64,000 nt of DNA from Alphaproteobacteria bacterium (GTDB taxonomy: Bacteria; Pseudomonadota; Alphaproteobacteria; Micropepsales; Micropepsaceae): contig JAWXBY010000033.1 of the NCBI GenBank assembly GCA_034440355.1, forward strand, positions 37,850-101,849. The letters run 5' to 3'. This document shows, in pieces, positions 1 through 8,293 of the stretch (the first letter of the stretch is position 1; each line of letters starts with the position of its first letter). The notes under the pieces were generated by a model, which was given only the letters and a program-made list of their open reading frames with translations, searched no databases and was not told where the DNA came from. The translations under genes and the position numbers were made by a program.

Positions 1-315
1 GCCTTTGCGGTAGATGGCCTTGCCCGAAACGAGGCCGCCGAGGCCCGATGACGTCACCGATTTCTCGGCGTGGTCGACCTTGAGGGTCGCCAGCTCCATG
101 TATTTCCCTTGTGGGGAGAGGCGCACGAAATCCTGCTGCCAGACGTCTTTCTCATCCCGGCCGGCGACGAAAACGCCGCTGCACATCAGTTTCGCCGTCA
201 TCGTGGTGAAGGCGCGGGCCTGCCCGGGGATGTCCATATAGATAGCGTAGGCGCCGATCGCCGCCACCGCGAGCACCAGCAAAATTCCGATCGTCCGAAG
301 CGCAATTCTGACCAT
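1..315 (-). CDS. 5' part of a membrane-anchored protein that continues beyond the window edge (possibly a serine-hydrolase/beta-lactamase-family N-terminus)
   Basis: Minus-strand frame is open from ATG at 313-315 to position 1; it is absent from the ORF track because there is no stop in the window. Translation MVRIALRTIGILLVLAVAAIGAYAIYMDIPGQARAF... has an N-terminal TM anchor and GC-rich third positions. Confidence 0.5.
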   Translation of the reverse strand, partial: MVRIALRTIGILLVLAVAAIGAYAIYMDIPGQARAFTTMTAKLMCSGVFVAGRDEKDVWQQDFVRLSPQGKYMELATLKVDHAEKSVTSSGLGGLVSGKAIYRKG

Positions 316-441
316 TTTGTCCCCAAAACGCCGCCCTGGAGGTTGTTGGCGGCGTACCCCGTGTGTTGACACGGCGTGAGCCTCTTTCCGCCACGCGCCG
401 CGGTTGTCCACTTCGCGACCCTCGAGCGGCGGCCGGGTCGC

Positions 442-469
442 GGAACGTAGCCATAATGCGGCCCGTTCC
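442..469. promoter_or_regulatory. Palindromic sigma-EcfG-type (general stress) promoter motif readable on both strands
   Basis: GGAACG-N15-CGTTCC. Plus strand reads GGAAC(442-446)-N17-CGTT(464-467) and faces the amidohydrolase. Minus strand reads GGAAC(469-465)-N17-CGTT(447-444) and faces the partial gene at 1-315. Confidence 0.5.
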
Positions 470-571
470 CCTTGAGTGCGTTCGTTGCGGGGGTCGAACA
501 CCCCGCCGACGCGAATTGCGGCGGTCGCTTGTTGGGATAAAGTCCCGGCCTTCTTGCTTCGGGGGGCGGCG

Positions 572-2080
572 ATGACGCGGCGTTGGACTTGGTTGGCGGT
601 TTCGGCGGTGTTGATTGCGGCAGCGTCGGTTGCCTCGGCTGCGGACAAGGTCGACATGGCCGCGCGCGTGTTGCCGCCGCCGGCTCAAGCTGGCGGGGCT
701 GTGAAGCCGTTCGTGAAAGAGCCCGCGGGCAAAGTGGCGCTCGTCCATGTTCGGGTGATCGACGGCACGGGCGGGCCCGCGTTCGCGGATCGCACGGTGC
801 TGATCGATGGTGTGAAGATCGCAGGTGTGCAGGCGGGTGGGGATGCTTTGCCTGCCGGATATCGCGCGATCGAGGCACGGGGTTTGAGCGTGCTACCGGG
901 CATCGTGGGCATGCATGATCATCAGTACTACATCGCGCGGCCCAATCTGGATGCGTCGGGGCATTCGGACAGTCCGTTGATGGTGCCGCAGATGACGTTC
1001 AGTTCGCCGCGGCTTTATCTGGCGAACGGTGTGACGACGTTGCGCACGACAGGCAGCGTCGAGACCTACACCGATCTCAACATGAAGCGTGCGATTGATG
1101 CGGGGACACTGCCCGGGCCGCATATGGATGTGACGGGGCCATATCTCGAAGGGCCGAACAGTCCGTTCATCCAGATGCACTCGTTGACGAGCGCCGATGA
1201 CGCGACGCAGACCGTGAACTTTTGGGCGGATCGGGGTGTCACGTCGTTCAAGGCCTATATGAACATCACGCGCGATCAGCTGAAGGCGGCGATCGAGGCA
1301 GCTCATGCGCGCGGGCTGAAGATCACGGGGCATTTGTGTTCGGTGACGTATCCGGAAGCGGCAGCGCTGGGCATCGACAATCTGGAGCACGGGTTCGTCG
1401 TCAACACGCAGAATGATCCGGGCAAGGTGGCCGACGTGTGTCCATCGACGTCCGGCGATCCGACGATCACGGGGATGGATCCGGCGAGCGCCGATGCGAA
1501 GGCGTTGATTGCGACGCTGGTCAAGCATCGCGTGGCGGTGACGTCGACGCTGCCGGTGTTCGAGAGCTGGTCGCCGGCGTATCGCAAACTGCCGCCCAAG
1601 CAACTCGAATTGCTCAGCCCCGGGGCGCGGACTGATTATCTGCACATCTATGCGCTCAGCCAGAAGCGCAAACCTGAGGTGGCGGCGGCGCGGGCCAAGG
1701 TTTGGAAGAACGCGCTCGGGCTTGAACGCGCGTTCGTTGTGGCGGGCGGGTTGTTGATCGCGGGGCCTGATCCGACGGGCGGCGGGCAGGTGCTGCCGGG
1801 GTTCGGAAATCTGCGCGGTATCGAATTGCTGGTCGATGCCGGATTCTCGCCGGTCGAGGCGATCCGGATCGCGACGCTGAACGGTGCGACGTATCTTGGC
1901 CTGGCCGATCATGTCGGGTCGATTGCGGCGGGCAAGAATGCCGATCTGCTGCTGGTCAAAGGCGATCCGTCGAACAATATCACCGCGATCGAAAATGTGG
2001 TGACGGTGTTCAAGGATGGCGTCGGTTATGATTCCGCGGCGTTGCTTGCGTCGGTAAAAGGACGCTACGGGCAATACTAG
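572..2080 (+). CDS. Secreted metal-dependent amidohydrolase family protein
   Basis: ORF 476-2080 trimmed to ATG 572, which gives signal peptide MTRRWTWLAVSAVLIAAASVASA. HxH-type motif GIVGMHDHQ and C-terminal GKNADLLLVKGDP are typical of the amidohydrolase superfamily. Confidence 0.8.
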   Translation: MTRRWTWLAVSAVLIAAASVASAADKVDMAARVLPPPAQAGGAVKPFVKEPAGKVALVHVRVIDGTGGPAFADRTVLIDGVKIAGVQAGGDALPAGYRAIEARGLSVLPGIVGMHDHQYYIARPNLDASGHSDSPLMVPQMTFSSPRLYLANGVTTLRTTGSVETYTDLNMKRAIDAGTLPGPHMDVTGPYLEGPNSPFIQMHSLTSADDATQTVNFWADRGVTSFKAYMNITRDQLKAAIEAAHARGLKITGHLCSVTYPEAAALGIDNLEHGFVVNTQNDPGKVADVCPSTSGDPTITGMDPASADAKALIATLVKHRVAVTSTLPVFESWSPAYRKLPPKQLELLSPGARTDYLHIYALSQKRKPEVAAARAKVWKNALGLERAFVVAGGLLIAGPDPTGGGQVLPGFGNLRGIELLVDAGFSPVEAIRIATLNGATYLGLADHVGSIAAGKNADLLLVKGDPSNNITAIENVVTVFKDGVGYDSAALLASVKGRYGQY

Positions 2081-2088
2081 AGAGGTTT

Positions 2089-2104
2089 CCGGCCGATAGG
2101 CCGG
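2089..2104. terminator. Short GC hairpin between convergent genes
   Basis: ccggcc-gata-ggccgg lies between the stops at 2080 (+) and 2151 (-). The stem is short and there is no clear U-tract. Confidence 0.3.
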
Positions 2105-2150
2105 TTGGTGTGTGCGTGCCGGCTCCGATTGGGCGCGGCGTCGATTGTTT

Positions 2151-2939
2151 CTACGGGTATTCCGCCGCAGCTAGTCTTTGAGCGAGGAGACCTGTCGCGC
2201 GCGATGGATCGATGTCGGCGATCAGGATGTTCTCTTCGCCGGTTGTGTGCATGGCGCGGACGTTGCCGTCGGGGTCGATGACGGCTGTGCCGGCGATGCT
2301 GTTGGGGATCGCGTAGTTCACGGTCGCGAAGTAGATCGTGTTTTCGGCGGCGCGGCAGGTGGCGGCCTTTTCGTGGATCGTGCCGTTTGCGCTTGCCCAT
2401 TCGTTTTGTTTGCGTGGCGAGTCTGCCGCCGGCGAATATTGCGGATGAAACACGATATGAGCGCCGCGTCTTGCTGCCCAGCGCACGGTTTCGGGATAGC
2501 GCCAGCCTTCGTGACAGATCGCAACGCCGAAGCGTATACCGTCGATGTCGAACACGTGGCGGCCGGCGCCGGGTAGGTAGGTGCCTTCTTCGGAAGGGTC
2601 GATCTGCACCTTGTCCTGGTGGCCGAGCAGGCGACCGTCCGGCGCGATGACCAACGCGGACGCGAGGAGGCCGGTTGGCGATGTTCGCTCGACGCCGACG
2701 ATGGCTCCCACGCCGGTCTCTGAGGCGGTCTCGCGCAACGTTCTCTCGGCGCGTGCGAGGAAGGCGGCGTCCGGCGGCGCGACGTCGAACTCAACGCCTC
2801 GCAGGCCAGGCAGATAGTTTTCCGACGTGCAGAGCAGCTTGGCGCCTTGGCGGGCGGCGGTTTCAAGCGCGCTCCGCACGGCGCGAAGGGCTTCGTCGGG
2901 ATCGCGCCGGTATTTCAGTGTCGCAAGGGCGATGCGCAT
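2151..2939 (-). CDS. Carbon-nitrogen hydrolase (nitrilase superfamily) protein
   Basis: 262-aa ORF. The catalytic-Cys context VAICHEGWRYPE and overall layout are typical of the CN-hydrolase family. Confidence 0.8.
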   Translation of the reverse strand: MRIALATLKYRRDPDEALRAVRSALETAARQGAKLLCTSENYLPGLRGVEFDVAPPDAAFLARAERTLRETASETGVGAIVGVERTSPTGLLASALVIAPDGRLLGHQDKVQIDPSEEGTYLPGAGRHVFDIDGIRFGVAICHEGWRYPETVRWAARRGAHIVFHPQYSPAADSPRKQNEWASANGTIHEKAATCRAAENTIYFATVNYAIPNSIAGTAVIDPDGNVRAMHTTGEENILIADIDPSRATGLLAQRLAAAEYP

Positions 2940-2966
2940 CGCGTCTTCCGCGTGGTTTGCGCTTGC

Positions 2967-3713
2967 TTAGCCGGAGGGCGCCAGCATTGTCACGGTGACG
3001 TGGCAGCGCAGAACGAAGCCCAACGACTCGTAGAGCGAGACGGCTGCTGTGTTGCTGGCGAAGACGTGGAGCATTGGGGTCTCGCCGCGCTTCTGGATTT
3101 GTGTGGCGACCGTGCGTGACAGCAGACCGGCGTAGCCGCGGCCGCGGACATCCGGGTGGGTGCAGACGCCGCTGACCTCGGTGAACCCGGTGAGTTTCAT
3201 GCGCTCGCCGGCCATCGCGACGAGTTTGCCGTTTTCTTTGATGCCCCAGAAGCCGCCCAGTTGATGTGTGCGGGCTTTGAACGGCCCTGGCTTTGTCAGC
3301 GTCGCCAGCTCTAGCATTTCACGGGCGTCGGCTTCGGTTAGGCGTTCGACGCGATGGTCGGGTTCGAGCGGAGCCAGATTCTGCGCCACCATCTGAACGC
3401 CAAGCGCGGTCATCTCAGCGGTCGTGTTTGGCGGCAGGGGGCTTTCGCCGACTTGAAGGAGCACGACGTTCCCGTGTTCGGCGACGAGATTGGAGAGCGC
3501 TTGCAGGCTCTCAGGGCTGTCGTCGCGCGCGGCGGCGAGGGGGCCGATGTCCGGCGCGAAACGCAACGCGCGAGCACTGCCCACAGCGAGGTGCGATAGG
3601 CGCGTGGAGAGCGCATGCCAGATCGGGCGGTCGAGAGAGTGGGTCGTCATGGCGCGTCTCTTCGTGGCGCGGTTGGCTGCGGCAATCGAGAGGGATTGCG
3701 CCAAGAAATGCAA
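2967..3713 (-). CDS. GNAT family N-acetyltransferase
   Basis: C-terminal acetyl-CoA binding motif VCTHPDVRGRGYAGLL...SLYESLGF. Confidence 0.8.
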   Translation of the reverse strand: MHFLAQSLSIAAANRATKRRAMTTHSLDRPIWHALSTRLSHLAVGSARALRFAPDIGPLAAARDDSPESLQALSNLVAEHGNVVLLQVGESPLPPNTTAEMTALGVQMVAQNLAPLEPDHRVERLTEADAREMLELATLTKPGPFKARTHQLGGFWGIKENGKLVAMAGERMKLTGFTEVSGVCTHPDVRGRGYAGLLSRTVATQIQKRGETPMLHVFASNTAAVSLYESLGFVLRCHVTVTMLAPSG

Positions 3714-3725
3714 GAGGCGCCCGGG

Positions 3726-5183
3726 CTAGTTGTTGTATTGCGCCGCAAGGCTTTCGAGGTCGGGTGCGGCGGCGATGTCGCGCATAAGGTCGACGACGCC
3801 TTGTAGCGACGGTCCGGGGCGCGCGCCCATGGCGATGCGCAGATACGGTTCGCCCATGCCCTCGTCCGGGATCACGGCTTCGAAGCGGTGGAAGCGGAAG
3901 CCGAAGCTGCCGCCGTGGTCGAATTGGATGCCGCGGCGGTCGGCCTCGCGCGTGAGGATGGATTCGAGTTGACGGTAGTCGTCGGCGTTTGCGTTTGGCA
4001 ACCTTGCGATGCTGTATGGCGATTGGGCCCAGGCGCAATCGGGCCGCGCGAATTGCGGGTGCAGGATTTGCGCGAACAGGCGGTTGCTCTTGGCCATCGC
4101 GTGCGCCAACAGGGCGTTGTTGTCGAACACCGCGCGGCTGTGGGCGCGTAGGTGCGGCATGCTCAAGAACCAGGGCACTTCGAGCGTCGATATTTCGTCG
4201 AGCGTCAGGCCGAGGCCTAGCACTGTGCGCAAGTGTCTGAGCGCCGCGCCGATGTCGGGTAAGAGCGCCGCGCGCGTGGCAATGTGGGTGTAGACCGACA
4301 GGATGCCGACGTTGACGAGTTCTAAGCCGGCCTGATCGAGCTTCAGGCCGGAGCGGATGTTGATCACGACGGGGGTGGCTTCGCCTGCAAGCGGTTCGAG
4401 TAGGCGGTTCAACGGGAAGGTTGGGCCGGTCAGCGTCGTGTCCAAGATTATGAGCGATGGGTCGGCCGCGAACATGTTCGGCCAGGCGCGATGGAAGGCG
4501 GCGAGGTCGAAGACGTTGACCGCTTCGTCAAAGAAGACCGGTTCGATCAGGATGGTGCGTGAAGGACGGTCGTGGGCCTTCTGCGCGTTGCCGACGGTTT
4601 TGCTGCGGCTCCAGTCGAGGGTTCGCCCGCAGACGGCGTTGAGCGCGTGCTGTGTTTCAAAATAATTGCCGGCGAACAGGAGGTGCGGGGAGTCGCGGTC
4701 CCAGAAGCCTGTCGAGTTCGCCCAATGCAAGACAGCGGCGAGGGCGCCTTGCGCGCTAGAGAATAGCACGTGGTCGGCGGACCACCCCGGCGGAACGCGC
4801 GTGGTGGCGGCGCAGCGCGCCTCGAGCCGGCGTGGTTCGATCGAGCGCTCGTAGCCGTAGACGATTGGCGCGCCGGACGGCGTCGAAACTGAAGCGGTTC
4901 GCACGGGCGACTTGATTTGCGAGTCGGCTGACTCGTGTGCGAAGCGCAACCAGCGTCGGCGCAGATCCCATGCCAACGATGCGAGCGCTGCTTCGGGCGT
5001 GAAGGTCGTGCATGCGGAGTCGTTCAGCTCGCGCACCGCGGTGAGCCACACACGGATCGACGGCCCGATTGCCGGGAAGTTGGATTCGAGCGTTTCACCC
5101 AGCTCTTGCAGCGCCAAGCGTTCGACTTCGCATCCGGGGTCTAAGAACTGTCGGAGGTGGCGCCGTGCCCTTGCCGCTCTCAT
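3726..5183 (-). CDS. Divergent fold-type-I PLP-dependent enzyme-like protein (Cys/Met-metabolism family-like)
   Basis: By-eye alignment to cystathionine synthase/lyase-type blocks: VLFSSAQGALAAVL, ILIEPVFFD, LIILDTTLTGP, INIRSGLKLDQ (candidate PLP Lys), HSRAVFDNNALLAHAM and FDHGGSFGF. The match is weak and needs an HMM search. Confidence 0.4.
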   Translation of the reverse strand: MRAARARRHLRQFLDPGCEVERLALQELGETLESNFPAIGPSIRVWLTAVRELNDSACTTFTPEAALASLAWDLRRRWLRFAHESADSQIKSPVRTASVSTPSGAPIVYGYERSIEPRRLEARCAATTRVPPGWSADHVLFSSAQGALAAVLHWANSTGFWDRDSPHLLFAGNYFETQHALNAVCGRTLDWSRSKTVGNAQKAHDRPSRTILIEPVFFDEAVNVFDLAAFHRAWPNMFAADPSLIILDTTLTGPTFPLNRLLEPLAGEATPVVINIRSGLKLDQAGLELVNVGILSVYTHIATRAALLPDIGAALRHLRTVLGLGLTLDEISTLEVPWFLSMPHLRAHSRAVFDNNALLAHAMAKSNRLFAQILHPQFARPDCAWAQSPYSIARLPNANADDYRQLESILTREADRRGIQFDHGGSFGFRFHRFEAVIPDEGMGEPYLRIAMGARPGPSLQGVVDLMRDIAAAPDLESLAAQYNN

Positions 5184-5265
5184 ATGTGCAGTCCGCGCGC
5201 TTTCTCACGCACGCAAAGCGCGCGTCGTATCCTTAAGAGGCAGCCGAGTTCTCCGCCGTAGGCAA

Positions 5266-5290
5266 AACGCGGCGCGGGGCCGCGGGTTCC
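5266..5290 (-). promoter_or_regulatory. Sigma-EcfG-type promoter facing the PLP-like/GNAT/CN-hydrolase genes
   Basis: Minus strand GGAAC(5290-5286)-N16-CGTT(5269-5266), about 83 nt upstream of the ATG at 5183. Confidence 0.5.
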
Positions 5291-5302
5291 CAGTTGCGGT
5301 GC

Positions 5303-5327
5303 GGAACCGTTCTCGCTTTGTCGCGTT
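5303..5327 (+). promoter_or_regulatory. Sigma-EcfG-type promoter facing the 24-aa small ORF
   Basis: GGAAC(5303-5307)-N16-CGTT(5324-5327), 39 nt upstream of ATG 5366. Confidence 0.6.
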
Positions 5328-5365
5328 AGTCCAGCGTGTTGATGCGATACGAGAGGATTCCGGCG

Positions 5366-5440
5366 ATGCGTTACATTTTGCTTTGGCTGATCGGTGTTCC
5401 CCTTCCGATTCTTCTGCTGATCTTTCTGTTCTTTAGGTGA
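5366..5440 (+). CDS. 24-aa hydrophobic small membrane protein
   Basis: ATG 5366 is preceded by a gagagga RBS. Translation MRYILLWLIGVPLPILLLIFLFFR* is a single TM helix. It is followed by a hairpin plus T7 terminator and is below the ORF-track length cutoff. Confidence 0.6.
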   Translation: MRYILLWLIGVPLPILLLIFLFFR

Positions 5441-5444
5441 ATCC

Positions 5445-5480
5445 GGTCCTTTGGCGCGCGTCGCGCGGGGGCCTTTTTTT
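5445..5480 (+). terminator. Intrinsic terminator after the small ORF
   Basis: GC-rich stem ggtcc...gcgcgcgtcgcgcg...gggcc is followed by ttttttt (5474-5480). Confidence 0.6.
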
Positions 5481-5511
5481 GTGTGCGCGAGCACGGAAAT
5501 AGGAGTGAATC

Positions 5512-6150
5512 ATGGCTTCGCCTTTTCGGACTTTTTTAGACGGCGACGGCGTCACCACCGGGGAAGTGCACTGGGGTGCCGTTATCGCCGGTGTGATCGT
5601 TGCGCTGACGGGTCAGGTGTTGCTGACGCTGTTGGGCGCCGGGCTCGGCGCGACGTTCGACGCCACGCGCGGCGACGTGTTGAGCGGCGAGACCGTTGCC
5701 TGGGGTGCTTATGCTTGGTGGGCCGTCACAGGTATTGCCTGCGCGTTCGCCGGTGGTTGGACTGCCGGTTGGGTCGCGGGTTCCTACCCGTCGGTCGATC
5801 GCATCGAGGGTAGCTTCCAAGGGTTCTTGACGTGGGGCGTCTCGATTTTGGTCGTTGGCCTTTTGGTGCTGGGTTTGGCAAGCGGATCGGTGTTTGCGGC
5901 GCGCGTGGGCGGTCCGTTGGTGTCCGATTCAGCGGTCGTGGTTGCCGGGCAGACCTTATCGCCGGCCGAGCAAGACACGGCGCGTGATGCGGCGGCTCAA
6001 GCGGCGTTGTGGAGCTTCTTCGCGCTCATCATCGGTGCGGCGGGTTCTATCGGCGGGGGCTATCTGGGCGTTTCGCATGCGAAGCGCATGATCGCAGCCG
6101 GCAACAAGAAGCCCGGAACGGCGCGCAAGGGCGCCATGGCGACGGCGTAG
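5512..6150 (+). CDS. Gly/Ala-rich polytopic membrane protein, function unknown
   Basis: 212-aa ORF with an aggag RBS and several predicted TM helices (VIAGVIVALTGQVLLTLLGAGLG and others). Confidence 0.6.
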   Translation: MASPFRTFLDGDGVTTGEVHWGAVIAGVIVALTGQVLLTLLGAGLGATFDATRGDVLSGETVAWGAYAWWAVTGIACAFAGGWTAGWVAGSYPSVDRIEGSFQGFLTWGVSILVVGLLVLGLASGSVFAARVGGPLVSDSAVVVAGQTLSPAEQDTARDAAAQAALWSFFALIIGAAGSIGGGYLGVSHAKRMIAAGNKKPGTARKGAMATA

Positions 6151-6161
6151 GCCGCCGGCCT

Positions 6162-8291
6162 TTAACTAGTCGAGTAAGCGACCTCGGTGGGGCTCAAGCG
6201 TTTGAACTTGAGATCCACCGTGGTCGCGCCGACCCTCAAGCACGACACCGTCAACTGATCGACGCCTGCAGGGAGGTGTGGCCGTTCGACTTCGATCGTG
6301 CCGCGTGCGCCGTCGATCGTGATCCCTAAGCATGTTTGCAGCAGCAAGAACACGGCGCTGGCCGACCAGGCCTGCGGCAGGCACGCGACGGGGTAGGCGA
6401 CGGGGGACTCGCCACGCGAGCGGGGGAAGCCGCAATAGAGTTCGGGCATGCGCATATCGAAGCGTGTCGCGGCCTCGAACAAGCTGTTCAGAATCTGCAC
6501 CGGTCCGTCGCGTTCGCCGTAGCGGCCCATGCCTGCGGCGCACAAGGCCGTGTCGTGCGGCCAGACGGAGCCGTTGTGGTAGGACATCGGGTTGAAGCGC
6601 TGCTCGGTGTTGGCGAGCGTGCGGATGCCCCAGCCGGAGTTGAACGGTGCGGACAGCAGCGTGTCGATAACACTGCGTACGCGTTCCGCGCGGGCGACGC
6701 CGGTGAAGAGGACGTGGCCTGCGTTCGATGCGCGCACGCGGCAGAGTTGGCCGGCGCCGTCGATGGCGAGGCCGTAGAACGCGTGCTCATCCATCCAGAA
6801 GCGTTCGTCGATGTCGCGCATGAGGCGGGCGGCGGCGCTTTCCCAGCGGGCGGTGTTTGCGCCGTCGCTGCGTGCTTTCGCCAATTGCGCCATGCCGCGA
6901 AAGGCGGCGCAGGCGTAGGCTTGCACCTCCACCACGGCGATTGGCCCCGCCGGCATGCGGCCGTTGGCGTGGAAGATGGAGTCGGCCGAGTCCTTCCAGG
7001 CTTGGTTGGTGAGGCCGGTCGGCGAATTGTTCGGGTAGTCGAGAAGGCCGTCGCCGTTCGTGTCGCCGTACTCTTCCATCCATGCCGTTGCCGAGAGAAG
7101 CGCGGGCCAGATTTCATCGATCAGGCTTTGATCATTGGTGCGATGCGCGTAGGCCGCCGCGAGCATGATGAAGAGCGGTGTGGTGTCGACGCCCCCGTAG
7201 TACTGGCGGTAGGGGACTTCGTTGAGCAGGGCCATCTCACCCTTGCGCGTCTCGTGCATGATTTTACCGGGCGTCGCCGCGCGGAAGGTTGACGTCTCAT
7301 GCGCTTGGTTCGCAGCGAGAAATCTGAGCACGCCGCAGGCCAGCGATGGATCAAGCCACAGCATTTGCAGCGCGGTGATAATCGAGTCGCGGCCGAAGGG
7401 TGTCGAGAACCACGGGATGCCGGCGTAGGGGAACGGGCCGGTCGGCAGCGCCGTCGTCAGCAGCGTGACGTCGGCGCGCGATTTGTCGATCCAATCGTTG
7501 AAGAGGCGCGAGGATGTGCTGAGCGCGGCGCCGTGCCGCTCGCGCGTGCGCGTGTCGCGGTGAGCGGCGGCCACCGCCTTGCGGAAGCGCGCACGATCAG
7601 GCACTTCGCCGGTGTCGGGTCCCAGCCGGGCGAATATCTCATGGCTTCCGCGGGACGGCAGGGTCAACTGATACTCGGCGCGCGTGGTGGTGAAGCGCGA
7701 CGGTACCTCTGAAAAATGGATATGCATCGCGCGCGCAATGTCGTCGAGGCCGTCGTACTTTGTCGTGACCGCTTGGTCGGACAAGGTCGGCGTGTGAATG
7801 CGGCCGCGGTGCACACGTGCGAGACCGCGGACTTCGAACATGTCGACGAAGTCGGAGGCGAACTCGAACTCGATGGGCAGCACGACGTGATGGGCGCCGT
7901 AGTTCGACAGACGGATGTTCTCGAACAGGCAGTCGCGCCAGAGGAATTGCGTGCGATGCAGATGAATGACGCCCTCAGGGGTTCCTTGGCCACCGATCAC
8001 GGGCAACGGGCGGTTGGTGAGATGGGCCGAGAACAACACGTTGTCCTGTGCGATCGCCGAGCTCAGCAACGTCGGCGGCAAGCCGCCGATCGTCAGACGC
8101 CAGCGTGAGAGGACGCGCGTGTCGTTGGTGAACAAGCCGTCGGCGTTGCCGGTGATGTCGCCTAATGCGTCGACGACCATGTAGGTGTCGCCGTGCTTGA
8201 GCGAATAGTGGCGGCCGACACTGCGCGGGCCGCCGACGCCGGCGGTGTCGACGAGTTGGGCCGGTTCGACCTTGCCGTTGGTTTGTTGCAT
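6162..8291 (-). CDS. Amylo-alpha-1,6-glucosidase / glycogen-debranching-enzyme-like glycoside hydrolase (GDE_N_bis + GDE_C architecture)
   Basis: 709 aa. N-terminal block GDTYMVVDALGDI...GLFTNDTRVLSRW and a C-terminal (alpha/alpha)6-type block GIPWFSTPFGRDS...WPHD are typical of this family. Confidence 0.8.
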   Translation of the reverse strand: MQQTNGKVEPAQLVDTAGVGGPRSVGRHYSLKHGDTYMVVDALGDITGNADGLFTNDTRVLSRWRLTIGGLPPTLLSSAIAQDNVLFSAHLTNRPLPVIGGQGTPEGVIHLHRTQFLWRDCLFENIRLSNYGAHHVVLPIEFEFASDFVDMFEVRGLARVHRGRIHTPTLSDQAVTTKYDGLDDIARAMHIHFSEVPSRFTTTRAEYQLTLPSRGSHEIFARLGPDTGEVPDRARFRKAVAAAHRDTRTRERHGAALSTSSRLFNDWIDKSRADVTLLTTALPTGPFPYAGIPWFSTPFGRDSIITALQMLWLDPSLACGVLRFLAANQAHETSTFRAATPGKIMHETRKGEMALLNEVPYRQYYGGVDTTPLFIMLAAAYAHRTNDQSLIDEIWPALLSATAWMEEYGDTNGDGLLDYPNNSPTGLTNQAWKDSADSIFHANGRMPAGPIAVVEVQAYACAAFRGMAQLAKARSDGANTARWESAAARLMRDIDERFWMDEHAFYGLAIDGAGQLCRVRASNAGHVLFTGVARAERVRSVIDTLLSAPFNSGWGIRTLANTEQRFNPMSYHNGSVWPHDTALCAAGMGRYGERDGPVQILNSLFEAATRFDMRMPELYCGFPRSRGESPVAYPVACLPQAWSASAVFLLLQTCLGITIDGARGTIEVERPHLPAGVDQLTVSCLRVGATTVDLKFKRLSPTEVAYSTS

Positions 8292-8293
8292 TC

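Noticed and set aside
893-2074. Long antisense ORFs opposite recognisable genes: 893-2074(-), 6336-7292(+), 21565-23196(-), 25318-26286(+), 41245-42495(+), 43039-44538(-), 48268-49656(+), 55711-57216(-), 57549-58430(+).
   Set aside because: Their translations are Arg/Pro/His-rich low-complexity strings typical of shadow frames in high-GC DNA. Each fully overlaps a gene with strong family motifs on the other strand.
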